DNA from: Lytechinus pictus
Taxonomy: Eukaryota
Direction of reading: 5' to 3'
NCBI RefSeq assembly: GCF_037042905.1
Contig: NC_087252.1
Location: forward strand, 11,224,001-11,288,000
Length of the DNA stretch: 64,000 nucleotides
The notes under the pieces are model-generated. The model worked only from the letters and a program-made list of their open reading frames with translations. It did no database searches and was not told the DNA's origin. Position 1 is the stretch's first letter. Each line of letters starts with the position of its first letter. Below are positions 1-11,924 of this stretch, in pieces. The translations under genes were made by a program, and so were the position numbers.

Positions 1-161
1 TCTGAAGCAAGCATTACGGTGGCTTTTAACATTTCTAAGTGGAAATCACTAACAAATATTTTCATGAAAATGCTCTTGATGAACTCATATTCTATGTTTG
101 AAATTACTAATGTATATTTTGGAATGTCTTTGTGTCGGGAGAGTAGGTCATGATATCTTAC

Positions 162-369
162 CTCCGTGAGTCATAGTGACTTTGCACAAACCTTGACCAA
201 ACAATTCGACAACGAAGACATTCAAATTGGATATTATTACATAGACAATCATGCAAAAGAAATAATTTGAAAGACAAAGATAAAATCATAATTCTGGATA
301 AATTCAGAATAACATTATTCATCTTGATCGTATAGACACAAAGAGTCTGAATGTTATCGAAAACAATAT
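162..369 (-). pseudogene. Candidate exon of a decayed minus-strand gene (LRR-like composition)
   Basis: On the minus strand it is bounded by an acceptor (tactgcttacag|) and a donor (|gtaaga). The 208 nt read open as DIVFDNIQTLCVYTIKMNNVILNLSRIMILSLSFKLFLLHDCLC... No family is securely recognised. Confidence 0.35.
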
Positions 370-509
370 CTGTAAGCAGTAATTGAATTTTAAGGGGTGA
401 TACGGCATAACGGGCTAACGCTGTTACCGCTTCCTTTGATATTTTATTTTTTTAATTCCAGATGTAAAATTTGTTGTCATCTCAACATTTTTCTCTGTCC
501 TCATCTTAA

Positions 510-1107
510 AGGGGATACTCCAGGCTGAAAATGTTATGAGTTGATCAGATAAAGAAAAATCAAGCAAACACAACACTGAAAATTTCATAAAAATAGGAAA
601 AGGAATAACGAAGTTATGACATTTAAAAATTTGAATTATTTCAGTGAAACAGTTCTATGCATGTCTTTATGAGTAATCAACGAGCAAACTAATGATGTCA
701 AATCTCCTCTTGCTCTTTTATATTTTATGATATGAATTTATATTTATTCAAATTATGTCCTACAAGAACTAAGCAAAAAATGGATTGGCAATGCATACAG
801 TGCATTAGATAACTGCTGTAACCTCGTTTATCATAAGGGAGACACATCATACACACATATATATAAATATGAAATAATGATATTTCATGTAATAACATAA
901 GGACAATGGGAGTGTGACAGTCATCATCTGTCCACATATTATGAATAATCATGAGAAAGTACATATAACTGTTTTTACAAAATATTACTGAAGCGAAAAA
1001 TTCAATTACTTATTTATGAACAAATTTTGATGAAATTTTCACCATTTTGCTTTGTGAATCATACTCTGTTTATTTAGATGTAATCATTTTCAACCCAGAA
1101 TACCCCT
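510..1107. mobile_element. Non-autonomous Kolobok-like DNA transposon (MITE)
   Basis: TTAA at 506-509 and 1108-1111. Imperfect TIR AGGGGATACTCCAGGCTGAAAA / TTTTCAACCCAGAATACCCCT. Purine-purine termini with a TTAA TSD fit Kolobok. Confidence 0.8.
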
Positions 1108-1537
1108 TTAAGCACGATCACCTCAAATATTTATTGATGTGATCATATCTTGAACATCCTCTCTTGTAATCTCTTATAATCAGATAATCGTCAAACCTTG
1201 TCATCACCACTGTAACCATCGCCCTCCTCGTCTTCAGCATCGTCATCATCATATTTCTTACAACATAATTGTTTCTAGATCACTCGTATCATTATTTTAA
1301 GGGTTCACCTCTATGCAAAATATAATATTTTAAAAATATGTCATATTAATTCAATCTTGTTGGTTTTTTTGTTTTGTTTTGGTGGACCAGTTGGTTTTTC
1401 ATAAAATATATAATATCCCATCATACTAACAGTATCCATCTCTAGGAAGAACAAAGCCAGTTCCGTAAATCCTCCGTATCTCTTTAAGTTTTTTTAAATC
1501 ATGAAAATATTTCCGGTTATTCTTCATTTTTGTACAT

Positions 1538-1610
1538 TGTATAATATTGTTTCAATTCTAATGTATAATATTGTTTCAATTCTGATGTATAATATTGTTT
1601 TAATTCTAAT
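1538..1610. repeat. 24-bp tandem repeat x3
   Basis: Unit tgtataatattgtttcaattctaa at 1538, 1562 and 1586. Confidence 0.85.
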
Positions 1611-2050
1611 ACGTTAATAAAACCAAACCATCTGTTATGTACAATTTTTCGTGTATTGCATTTTGAAATATTATCATATCTTATAAATTTCTTGTATTAT
1701 CATATCAAATTTAGATGTGACCATATTGTTAAATCATATGATGCTGATTATGGTGCTTGATTGTTGAGGTGACAGTCTGATCATTATCATGATTATGATT
1801 ATAATTTTCATTATCATTTTTTAGAAGTCTGTATCTTCCTAGTAGTGGTATTGACACTGGCTGAACTTTTTTATATCTATCTTATCTATCATGATCATGT
1901 CTAAGTTTGAAACCAGGTATCTCTTCTGATGCAACTTTTTAAATGCTCACGTTAGCAAAATATGTTTAGCACTTTCATCCGTTGCCATGGTGATTCATAT
2001 ATTCATTACCTGAACATTGGGGCGCCTTCCTCCACCCTCACTTTGAAATT

Positions 2051-2419
2051 TAATGTTATCGAAAACAATATTTGTAAGTATTAATTGAATTTTAAGGGGT
2101 GATACGGAATAACGGGCTAACGCTGTTACCGCTTCCTTTCTTATTTTATTTTTTTAATTCCAGATTTTGTCAAATTTGTTGTCATCTCAATATTTCTGTC
2201 TGTCCTCATCTTAAAGGGGATATTGGCTGAACTTTGTTATATCTATCTTTTCTATCATGATCATGTCTAAGTTTGAAACCAGGTATCTCTTCTGATGCAA
2301 CTTTTTAAATGCTCACGTTAGCAAAATATGTTTAGCACTTTTATCCGTTGCCATGGTGATTCATATATTCATTACCTGAACATTGGGGCGCCTTCCTCCA
2401 CCCTCACTTTGAAATTTTT
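2051..2419 (+). repeat. Local duplication: copy of ~351-516 fused to copy of ~1857-2050
   Basis: Near-identical sequence blocks seen directly; junction reads aggggatatt|ggctgaactt. Confidence 0.85.
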
Positions 2420-2721
2420 TCTCCAATTTTGGTCAGTTTGAGCTTCCATTTCGAAGTTACTACCGTTCGGACATTCTTCCGTCCCCTTCCCTCCATTCCG
2501 TCTAGCTCCGTCGGTATCATTTTGCTCTTCACAGATCCTTCCATCTTCGCTCATGCTTTCATCATTCCCTCGTCTTTCTTGGGGCTCTTCGATTTCATCA
2601 ACAATTTCAATGCTATCGTCAGCATCTGTTACCTGAATGGTCACCATGTTTGCCTGCTTCTTTGAGACCATAATCACAAAGAATGTAGGTTTTATGTTTC
2701 AGGACAAAGTTGTCCTAGGAC
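2377..2721 (-). pseudogene. Candidate acidic exon
   Basis: The 101-aa acidic ORF (MVSKKQANMVTIQVTDADDSIEIVDEIEEPQERR...) ends at CAG|gtaatg, and an upstream acceptor-like tatcag| is present. Product unknown. Confidence 0.35.
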
Positions 2722-4069
2722 CTGATAGGTGACGTTAAAAGCAATGTTCCACGTTACAGATCCTGAATCTTTAAATTGCTAGCACTCCAGATCAAGTAAC
2801 TTCTACCTAATAGACTAACATTGCAGGATAATTACTCATGATTTTCTTGTAAACTTTAAAGATTCGTTTATAACAGACGACAGACTTTAATCCAATACAG
2901 TTTTGATATCTTCGTTTCGGCTCCTTGATAATTATATCGGTCAGGTCATTTCCTCATGATTCTCACCTTCGAATCCGATGGAAAACATCCTGGCAGCCAA
3001 ATGAAAAGGTCCGCTTAAACCTTGACGTAATCAATCCGAACAAATTCTCTAGAAATCTATTCAATTCCTTAGTGATAGTCAATCCTTGTGGCCATGACGT
3101 ATTACAGACCCATTTTGTAGAAAAAGTTTCACTTCCCTAGTTCTGTCTTCTTAATTTCCGTTATAATATTTTTAGACCCTAAAGCAATAAATACGGATTT
3201 TAAGTAGAAGCGTGTCAATTTGGATATTTGAAACAAGGATGCCGTGCTATTTCTGAAAATCTACCAAACCATATCCATGTCAGCATGTAGCCTTGAAGTA
3301 AACAATTCCCTGATACTGCAGTAACATAATCCAAATACATTTTACACATGCGGGTAAATGATAATGCTTTGAGTAATTCAGCACCATTGTACGATTGAAC
3401 CTCCCATTTGGTATACAAGTTACGTTTTGTATGCTAATGTACTTCAATTTTTGTTTGATGAAATTTCCATATAGGGTGATATTAGTTCATGGGTGGCTTA
3501 TCAAATAAAGCTGCACGAAATGCGAAGAGACGACACAAAGGGATTATGGAATGAATGTGATGATATAAATTTTTATATTAGAGTGACATATAGTTATTGA
3601 GAGATTATTGTATGACGGATTGCTGATTGTTGATTATTGCTCATGTAATCCATTATTCAAATCCAAGATTCGATTTTATTTGTGCATGAAGTTATTTATG
3701 CTAGTAATAATAAATAATAGAATTATTATAGACCGACTGTTTGTATGGAATCATATTGAATTGACATCTATTCGTTGTCGAAGTACTATCCTAAAATTAG
3801 GTGTTGTGTGGGTTTTAATCAATAACTGAGTTAAAAAAGAAATGTTATATAATTCCAAATTTGAACCATAGACTAATTTGATCAATAAGTCAAATAAGGT
3901 GAATGAAAAAAATTTCGAACAATTAATCTTAATAAGCTGTGCGATATATAGCAGCATGGGTAATATCTGCTGGAAAGAACAAATAATCGCAAAGTTCATT
4001 CACAGTATCAAAGAGGAATAAGAGAAGATGTGATTCCAAATCGTAAAATGATCCAATAGAACTAACTTC

Positions 4070-4293
4070 TAATAATAATAATAATAATGATAATACTACT
4101 AATAATAAAAATGATGATATTAATAATAATGATAATGATAATAGACAGTTCTTGCCATGCACCAATTAACCTCACCTGGGTTGAGTGCAGCACAATGTGG
4201 ATTAATTTCTTGCTGAAGGAAACTACGCCATGACTGGGATTTGAGCCCACGACACTCTGACCGGAGACTAATCATCTGGGCCACAACGGTCCT
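4070..4293 (-). mobile_element. tRNA-derived SINE (internally deleted, CORE-like centre)
   Basis: Reverse complement matches the 5' half of the SINE at 7033 (gttgtggcccag...cccagtcatggcgtagtttccttcagcaagaaa...acccaggtgagg), followed by an (ATT)n tail. Confidence 0.85.
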
Positions 4294-4299
4294 AAGTTT

Positions 4300-5737
4300 G
4301 TGTATACCTCTGCATTATGAGTGTTCACATTGTGTTTATGTAGTAGACACCCCTACAATGTGAATGTTCACAGAGTGTTCACACAGTAGACACCTATACA
4401 ATGTGAGTGTTAACAGTGTGTTCATATAGTAGACACCTCTACAATGTGAGTGTTCATAGTGTGTTCACATATTAGACACCTCTACAATGTGAGTGTTCAT
4501 AGTGTGTTCATATAGTAGACACCTCTACAATGTGAGTGTTCACAGTGTGATCATATAGTAGATACCTCTACAATGCGAGTGTTCACAGTGTGTTGATATA
4601 GTAGACACCTCTACAATGTGAGTGTTCACAGTGTGTTCACATAGTAGACACCTCTACAATGTGAGTGTTCACAGTGTGTTCATAAAGTAGACACCTCTAC
4701 AATGTGAGTGTTCATAGTGTGTTCATATAGTAGACACCTTTACAATGTGAGTGTTCACAGTGTGTTCATATAGTAGACACCTCTACAATGTGAGTGTTCA
4801 CAGTGTGTTCATATAGTAGACACCTCTACAATGTAAGTGTTCACAGTGTGTTCATATAGTAGACACCTTTACAATGTGAGTGTTCACAGTGTGTTCATAT
4901 AGTAGACACCTCTACAATGTAAGTGTTCAGTGTGTTCATATAGTAGACACCTCTACAATGTGAGTGTTCACAGTGTGTTCATATAGTAGACACCTCTACA
5001 ATGAGAGTGTTCACAGTGTGTTCATAGAGTAGACACCTCTACAATGTGAGTGTTCACAGTGTGTTCACATAGTAGACACCTTTACAATGTGAGTGTTCAC
5101 AGTGTGTTCATATAGTAGACACCTCTACAATGTGAGTGTTCACAGTGTGTTCATATAGTAGACACCTCTACAATGTGAGTGTTCACAGTGTGTTCATATA
5201 CTACACACATCTACATTGTGAGTGTCCACAGTGTGTTCATAGAGTAGACACCTCTACAATGTGAGTGCTCGCAGTGTGTTCATCTAGTAGACACCTCTAC
5301 AATGTGAGTGTTCACAGTGTGTTCATATAGTAGACACCTCTACAATGTGAGTGTTCACAGTGTGTTCACATAGTAGACACCTTTACAATGTGAGTGTTCA
5401 CAGTGTGTTCATATAGTAGACACCTCTACAATGTGAGTGTTCACAGTGTGTTCATATAGTAGACACCTCTACAATGTGAGTGTTCACAGTGTGTTCATAT
5501 ACTACACACATCTACATTGTGAGTGTCCACAGTGTGTTCATAGAGTAGACACCTCTACAATGTGAGTGCTCGCAGTGTGTTCATCTAGTAGACACCTCTA
5601 CAATGTGAGTGTTCACAGTGTGTTCATAGAGTAGACACCTATACAATGTTAGTGTTCGCAGTGTGTGCATATAGTAGACACCTCTACAATGTGAGTGTTC
5701 ACAGTGTGTTCACAGTATGTTTATATAGTAGACACCT
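4300..5737. repeat. 43-bp minisatellite, ~33 units
   Basis: Unit agtagacacctctacaatgtgagtgttcacagtgtgttcatat, period 43, no spacers. Confidence 0.97.
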
Positions 5738-6522
5738 GTTATTATAATAATTATTAATTTGGCCATAAAAAATACAAAAAGTGTACAATGTAAAGACAAA
5801 AATAGAAACTGATATTGAATAAATAAGTAAAAGTAAAAGTTAATAAGTAAATATGTAAAAAAAAAAAGGAGTAAGATTGTTTTTTTCCATAGGCCAGGGC
5901 TCGCAAAAAAGTAAAATTCAGTACTATTGCCCAGACGCATGCGAGCCCTCACAGAAAACCATTAAGTATTGCACATTCCTGTATATACAATTACATGTAA
6001 TTTGAATTCAATTAAAACACATTCAACAAACATTATTGACAAGTAGGCTTATGTAACGCCGGGCAAGATAAAAGAAAGGGGGTTTAAAGAGCATGCCGCC
6101 AACACACACTGTGAGCAGAATATGAGCACAATGTGAACACACCGTGAACATACTATGAACAGACTGTGAGCACAGTGTTAGCACATTGTGGGACGATGTT
6201 CTTTTCCGCAAGGAGACCTAGCTGCTACTCATCCGTTTGCTTAATATTGAGGCAAGTTACATGTATGTCGAACCATTAGAAATACTTCGCGTTACTAGCA
6301 GGAGATGGCGCTGTAGCGCAATTGCAATGTTTCACACACACACAAATTCTTTTCAGAGTGACCAATGAATACAATATTTTGTACCCATTAAGTGTTTACA
6401 ACAGCGGGAACATACCGCGAACACACTGTGAACATATTATGAACACACTATGAGCAAAGTGTTAGCACAACATGGGCATGCTGTGATCACACTGAACACA
6501 TGGACCTATCACATGGTCGAAC

Positions 6523-8289
6523 CAAGAAGATGTTATTACTGGAGTTCCAACAGGCAACAAATTTATTCAAGCAGCTGTTCATTTCTAAAGAAGCACAAAA
6601 GAAAGAACGGCAGTCAGGACCTGTTTGATGTCCGTTTTCGAAGCCGCCAGTTTCAGTGAAATAATCAGAGGAGTGAAACTTTACGAATATCCATTTGTAT
6701 CAATTTTCCATCTTTCATATTAATAAACGAACTGAAATTTGATCGGATCAGAAGACATCAATAACCAAGCACTATTACGACGCGATATTTGCCCAGATTA
6801 TATCAATTTACCTTTAATTAGTGAAAAAAGAAAGAATTTGACCTTTACTGAAACCAGATTTTAACACTTTTCCGATCGTTTGCGGCGAATGAAAATTTTA
6901 AATGTGGTCGGCGGAATATTGTTATTCATTACTGTTTATGTCAGATGAGCGCCTGCACATGCCCAGTCGAGCAAATTTGAGTCATATTTCAGGACATATT
7001 GCATAGTTTATTTTCGCATGCCTCCAAAATGTGGAGCGTTGTGGCCCAGTGTATCAGTCTCCGGACTTTGAAACAGAGGGTCGTGGGTTCGAATCCCAGC
7101 CATGGCGTAATTTCCTTCAGCAAGAAACTGATCCACAATGTGCTGCACTTAACCCAGGTGAGGTAAATGGGTACCGGTAGGAAGAAATTCCTTAAAAAGC
7201 TGTGTGCGCTATGAACGCCTAGCTTAGCCGGGTAATATAGGAGCACCTTGAGCACCTAACAAGGTGGATATGTGCGCAATATAAATACCCTATATTATTA
7301 TTATTATTAAATTATGTACTACACATATAACAAGACCAAGATGCGGCGAAAAAGTAATTATCATCACAAAAGCATATTTCCCTTTATGTATGACCTATAG
7401 CTGCGGAGTCATGCGGGAATTATTTGTCTACACAGTTGCAAGAGATGTTGAGCAAAGAGCATGCCTGACATACTTTCTGCTGGCGGTTTTTAACCTTGTT
7501 CAAAGAGATTTTATTTGCTGTTACTCCATCCATGGACCTATAAGAAATGGACAATTAACGCGATCATTCTTTTGATGCAATCATAGTCGCCGTCTCCTGA
7601 TTATGTGCATATTAATGATAACATACAGGTGCTTTGACAATAGCGACTACCAAGGCGAATCTGATCTTCACAAAGGAATGTTTTGCTCTTTTTGCAGTTT
7701 GTTGGCTGATGTCTTGTAGCAGATTATACCTTTCAATTAAGATGTTTCAGATTTGGAACAGCAAATTGAGAAGCAGACGATTTTTGTGATATCAAATTTA
7801 TTATTATCGATTTGCACGCTTCTGCACACTCATAATGACTTTTCTAACAACGAGAGGGGGACGACCCCTACAAGAAACCCACCATGTTTCTCTGGAATAT
7901 TATGAGGAAACCTTTAAAATTTGATTATAAATTACAATAAATCAATTTCATTTTAGCCTCTATCTTGAAATATTCATACATTTTTCCAAATAAAAACCAT
8001 GGAACTAAGATAACCATTTGTAAACCAGAACTGCACATTAATTTCCGAGAATTCAGGTAATTTATTACCTTCTGCGCATACAATTTGTCTAATGTTAAAT
8101 GTCTAATCACCGAAAGCTTCTGTAACTCATGGTTTAATTGACGGCGACCATGATGGTATCACAGGAGATAAATATGAAGAGAATGTTATTCACATGACAA
8201 TGACAGTCAGATGTTAGTGAATTCATTAACTAACCGATGAATGTCCAGCTTTCATAGGTCCATGCTCCATCTAATTTGAAACCTCCTTG
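6523..8289. mobile_element. Non-autonomous P-superfamily-like DNA transposon carrying a SINE
   Basis: Termini CAAGAAGATG...AACCTCCTTG with 7-bp TSD GTCGAAC (6516-6522 and 8290-8296). A second copy lies at 55159-55908. Confidence 0.75.
7033..7308 (+). mobile_element. Full-length tRNA-derived SINE with L2-like tail
   Basis: A box TGGCCCAGTG, B box GGTTCGAATCC, CORE-like centre (ccttcagcaag...ccaggtgaggtaaatgggtacc) and (TTA)n tail. Absent from the homologous site at ~55670. Confidence 0.92.
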
Positions 8290-8662
8290 GTCGAACCACC
8301 ATTAGAAATACTTCGTGTTACTATTTGATTCAGGAGATGGCGCTGTAGAACAATATCAATGTTTCACACACAAAAATTCCTTTCAGAGTGACCGATGGAT
8401 ACACTATTATATACCCATTATGTAACTAGTTGTAGAAAAGCAGGTGGGTGAGGACATATCTCTTTGGTCTTATGATAAAAAGATAATGGTGAACTAGCGA
8501 TATATTTCATTAGGCACTAGTAAGAGTGATCGCCAATGCTTGCTACAAATACAGTCTTTATTTTATGAATCGTTACAAACCAACAAGGTTTCTGCCCTCT
8601 TCTGCATTTGGTCCCCTCTTCAACAACAAAAAAACTTTCATGATTCACATTTTGTATAATTA

Positions 8663-8828
8663 CACCCTGAAAAAGGATTGGTTAAAATGACCATTCTCTT
8701 GGTTAAGATTTGCCCGACCGAGAAACATGGTCGAAATTAACCAAAATTATTGGATTTTGACCAATTGTTTTCGGTCATATTATATTAACCATGATAGTGG
8801 TAATTTTGACCAACCCTTGTATAAAGTG
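8663..8828. mobile_element. CAC..GTG (CACTA/EnSpm-like) MITE
   Basis: TA flanks; imperfect TIR caccctgaaaaaggattggttaaaatgacca / tggtaattttgaccaacccttgtataaagtg. Confidence 0.55.
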
Positions 8829-8829
8829 T

Positions 8830-8992
8830 ACTATTATCATTATTATCCTTACTATTATTATTACTACCTTTTTACTATTGCTGTTATCATCATCATCATT
8901 ATTATTCGAATATTATTATAATAATTATTAATATTATCATTATCGTTATCATAATTATTATTATTTTTATTATCATTTTGATTATTATTATC
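8830..8992. repeat. (ATT/ATC)n degenerate microsatellite
   Basis: Seen directly. Confidence 0.8.
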
Positions 8993-10440
8993 AGGCGAAA
9001 ACATTAATGTCATAGGAAACAAATCGCCGATGTCCCACAACAAACCCATCACACCTCTCCAGCTGATAACCATTCAGGATGCTGCATTGATGCACCCCAT
9101 CAATCTAACTAACAATCCTCTAATTAATCATCGAATGCACAGGGGATAGATGATACATATCCCCTTCGTTCAAGGTGATAACTGTCTGTGGTGGCTTGAC
9201 TGATAGATGATGTGAACGGGCACATTGCCGGCATCCTCGGTAACCAAACCGTGCTGACATTGCCACGCATTGCCTTGAATGCACAACAACATTTATCAAG
9301 AACAATATTTTAAATTTCCATGGAATATCATTGATGTAAAAGGGTGTGCTAGTGAATGTTCTATAGCAAAAAAAAACCACTCTTCGTCCTACAATTGAAG
9401 TTCCCCAAACCTCGTTTCCAACTGCCATGTGATCCTTTAAGAACTGAAAGCCACTTTCGCGACAATGTTTGAACCATTCATAATTCGTCTACGATCAATA
9501 CGATTGCCACGACGGATCTGATACGATCTAAGATCACTACGATTACTTCACGATTAAGTACGCTGTTCGCATCATGGCGCACATCGTGACAGTGGAAAAT
9601 AGGTTTAAACCGAGTTTCCACTCTCAAGATTCGAGCCACCATAACCATGGACTCAATCGTAGAGTAATCGTGGTGATCTTGTCATATGTCAGATCTTAAT
9701 TGGGGTCAGTCATGGCAATTGTTGTGATGGTAAAAAAAATTGGACAGCTCATCCCCCCCCCCCCCCCGCAGATTTTAGCTAGGAAATCTTAACGGATGGC
9801 ACGACAATGGGTACGAGATATAACGACCTAAAAGATCATCGGAACTAAGATTATCACAGTATCATCGATTAGCTAAACTTCAATATATTTCATTTCTCAC
9901 AAGTCGTTCAACAAGACAGTTTTTAATCCCCCAATGCTATCTAGGTTGGAAATGCGTATCGTATAGCATTTTTTTTTGTCTCGTAGAATAGTGAATCCCC
10001 CATTCATTTGGCATACGATCGTTGTATCGTTTCTGAAAAGTGATCGTACCCTCTCGTCGTAAGATGTTCGTAAAAAATATATCATCGTGCCCAAACAAAA
10101 TCATTTGTGTAGCACTTAGTCATACTGTTACCTTCTAAAATCAGAAGATTACATCCCTTATAAAACTGGTGACCAACAGAAGGTTGTCGTAAGAACAGTG
10201 CAGTTTCATCGTACCTCTGCTTCCACATTGTTATGGAAGATACATTTGGCAGTTAACTTCATTTGTAATCATTCTAAACATATTTGGAATCTCATTGATA
10301 TTGATATATTTATTTGTTTGATTGTTTATTTATTGTATACATGCACAGAATCTTGATTAATATGAATTGTGATTGTAAACCTATTGATTTGAAAGAGGAA
10401 GAAAAAAAAATATTATTAAAAAAAAAAATCGTACAATGTA

Positions 10441-10803
10441 CTGATAACATACGATCAGCACGGAACTATCATACAACCAGCGCAGTCGGAATGTAACATA
10501 TATCTGCATAATCTCCACAAGCATCTGTATATTTCTGTCTTTAGCCTTCCAGCATGTAAACAAAAAACAAATATATTTGACCGTCAGCCTACGATGCTCG
10601 TACAATAATCCATCGTTCGCTGATAACATACGATCAGCACGGAACTATCATACAACCAGCGCAGTCGGAATGTAACATATATCTGCATAATCTCCACAAG
10701 CATCTGTATATTTCTGTCTTTAGCCTTCCAGCATGTAAACAAAAAACAAATATATTTGACCGTCAGCCTACGATGCTCGTACAATAATCCATCGTTCGCT
10801 GAT
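10441..10803. repeat. Exact 179-bp tandem duplication
   Basis: ctgataacatacgatcagcacgg... starts at 10441 and 10620; the copies look identical and ctgata is present at all three boundaries. Confidence 0.92.
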
Positions 10804-11476
10804 ACCCGCGAAATGTAAACTAGATAATAGTAAAAATTTATGGGTTAAATTTATTGATGTAATACATACCTTCATAATATTCCAAGAACATACACCTGGT
10901 AAAATCATAACGGGTTTAAACAAACAGTACCCCCACATGCACTATCCGTCTTGGAGCGATAATGTTCGTATCTTAAGCGTACGCCCGAATTCTCTTTAAA
11001 TCCATCCTCAAATGTGTTTACCAGTTTCATTCTAATTATAAGGATATCTACACTGTCCAGGTAAGAATGGAAGAAGGACACATCATAATGGAGGTCTTTT
11101 CCAATTGATTTCACACAATTCGGAAGGGCTCTTTGTGTTGAGTTACAATACATTCTCTGGAATAATCAAGACTTGACCAAATCCCATTACAGGTCGGCAA
11201 AAATAACCCACTAACCAAATGCATGCCTCTACACAGTCGAAACAGATTCCAGGGGCCCGTGACTCAAAGCGTCTTTCACAACTGCTCATGTGATCGTTTG
11301 CGATCATTTGGTCACAATAAATGTTGCGCGGAATCGCAACGGTTGTAAGCAGTCGCAACACCAATTGGGAAAGGGGCTTTATCAATCATCGTATAACATT
11401 TTCTGCGATTGATTTCATTGAATACATACAAAATGTACAATCACTCATGAACATCAAGCGTACGATTAATCGCTAA

Positions 11477-11649
11477 CGGCGCAGTAGCATTTCCCCTACG
11501 GCGGCCGTACGTTGAGTTAAAAAAGGTCGTTTTTACTTTTGTTTGTACCATCTACATAATATGGGTGGTTTGAATAAAAATGAATTGAAAATTAATTGAC
11601 TGATTTTGACTCGCCGTAAGGCCGATGTAGAGGAAATATGACTGCAACA
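11477..11649. mobile_element. PIF/Harbinger-like MITE
   Basis: TAA on both sides; TIR cggcgcagtagcatttcccctacggcggccgtacg / cgccgtaaggccgatgtagaggaaatatgactgca. Related copy at 27632. Confidence 0.7.
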
Positions 11650-11924
11650 TAACCTTATTAAAAGCCGTTTTGTTAAGATATAATGACACCAGTTGGTTTA
11701 CAGTTTAAGGTTGATTTCATCTGCGGATGTGGCATAAGCCTTGCCGAGTGAACAGCTATACCCTTTCCCCCAGACAAACAAAAATATAATTTGTACATAC
11801 ATATATAAATACATATAAACACACCCACACACACTTTCTCTATCTCTCCATGTCTCTCTCATATAATTTACTTTGCCTGCTTTCTAAAACATAATACATG
11901 TATGACTTAATAATTTGAGAGAGT

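Noticed and set aside
7033..7105. Functional tRNA genes (also 12846, 28929, 35952, 46418)
   Set aside because: A/B boxes run into SINE bodies and tails; cloverleaves are imperfect and there is no oligo-T terminator.
9010..9428. Coding-like minus-strand segment
   Set aside because: Stops in all frames and no recognisable family; cannot be supported without a search.
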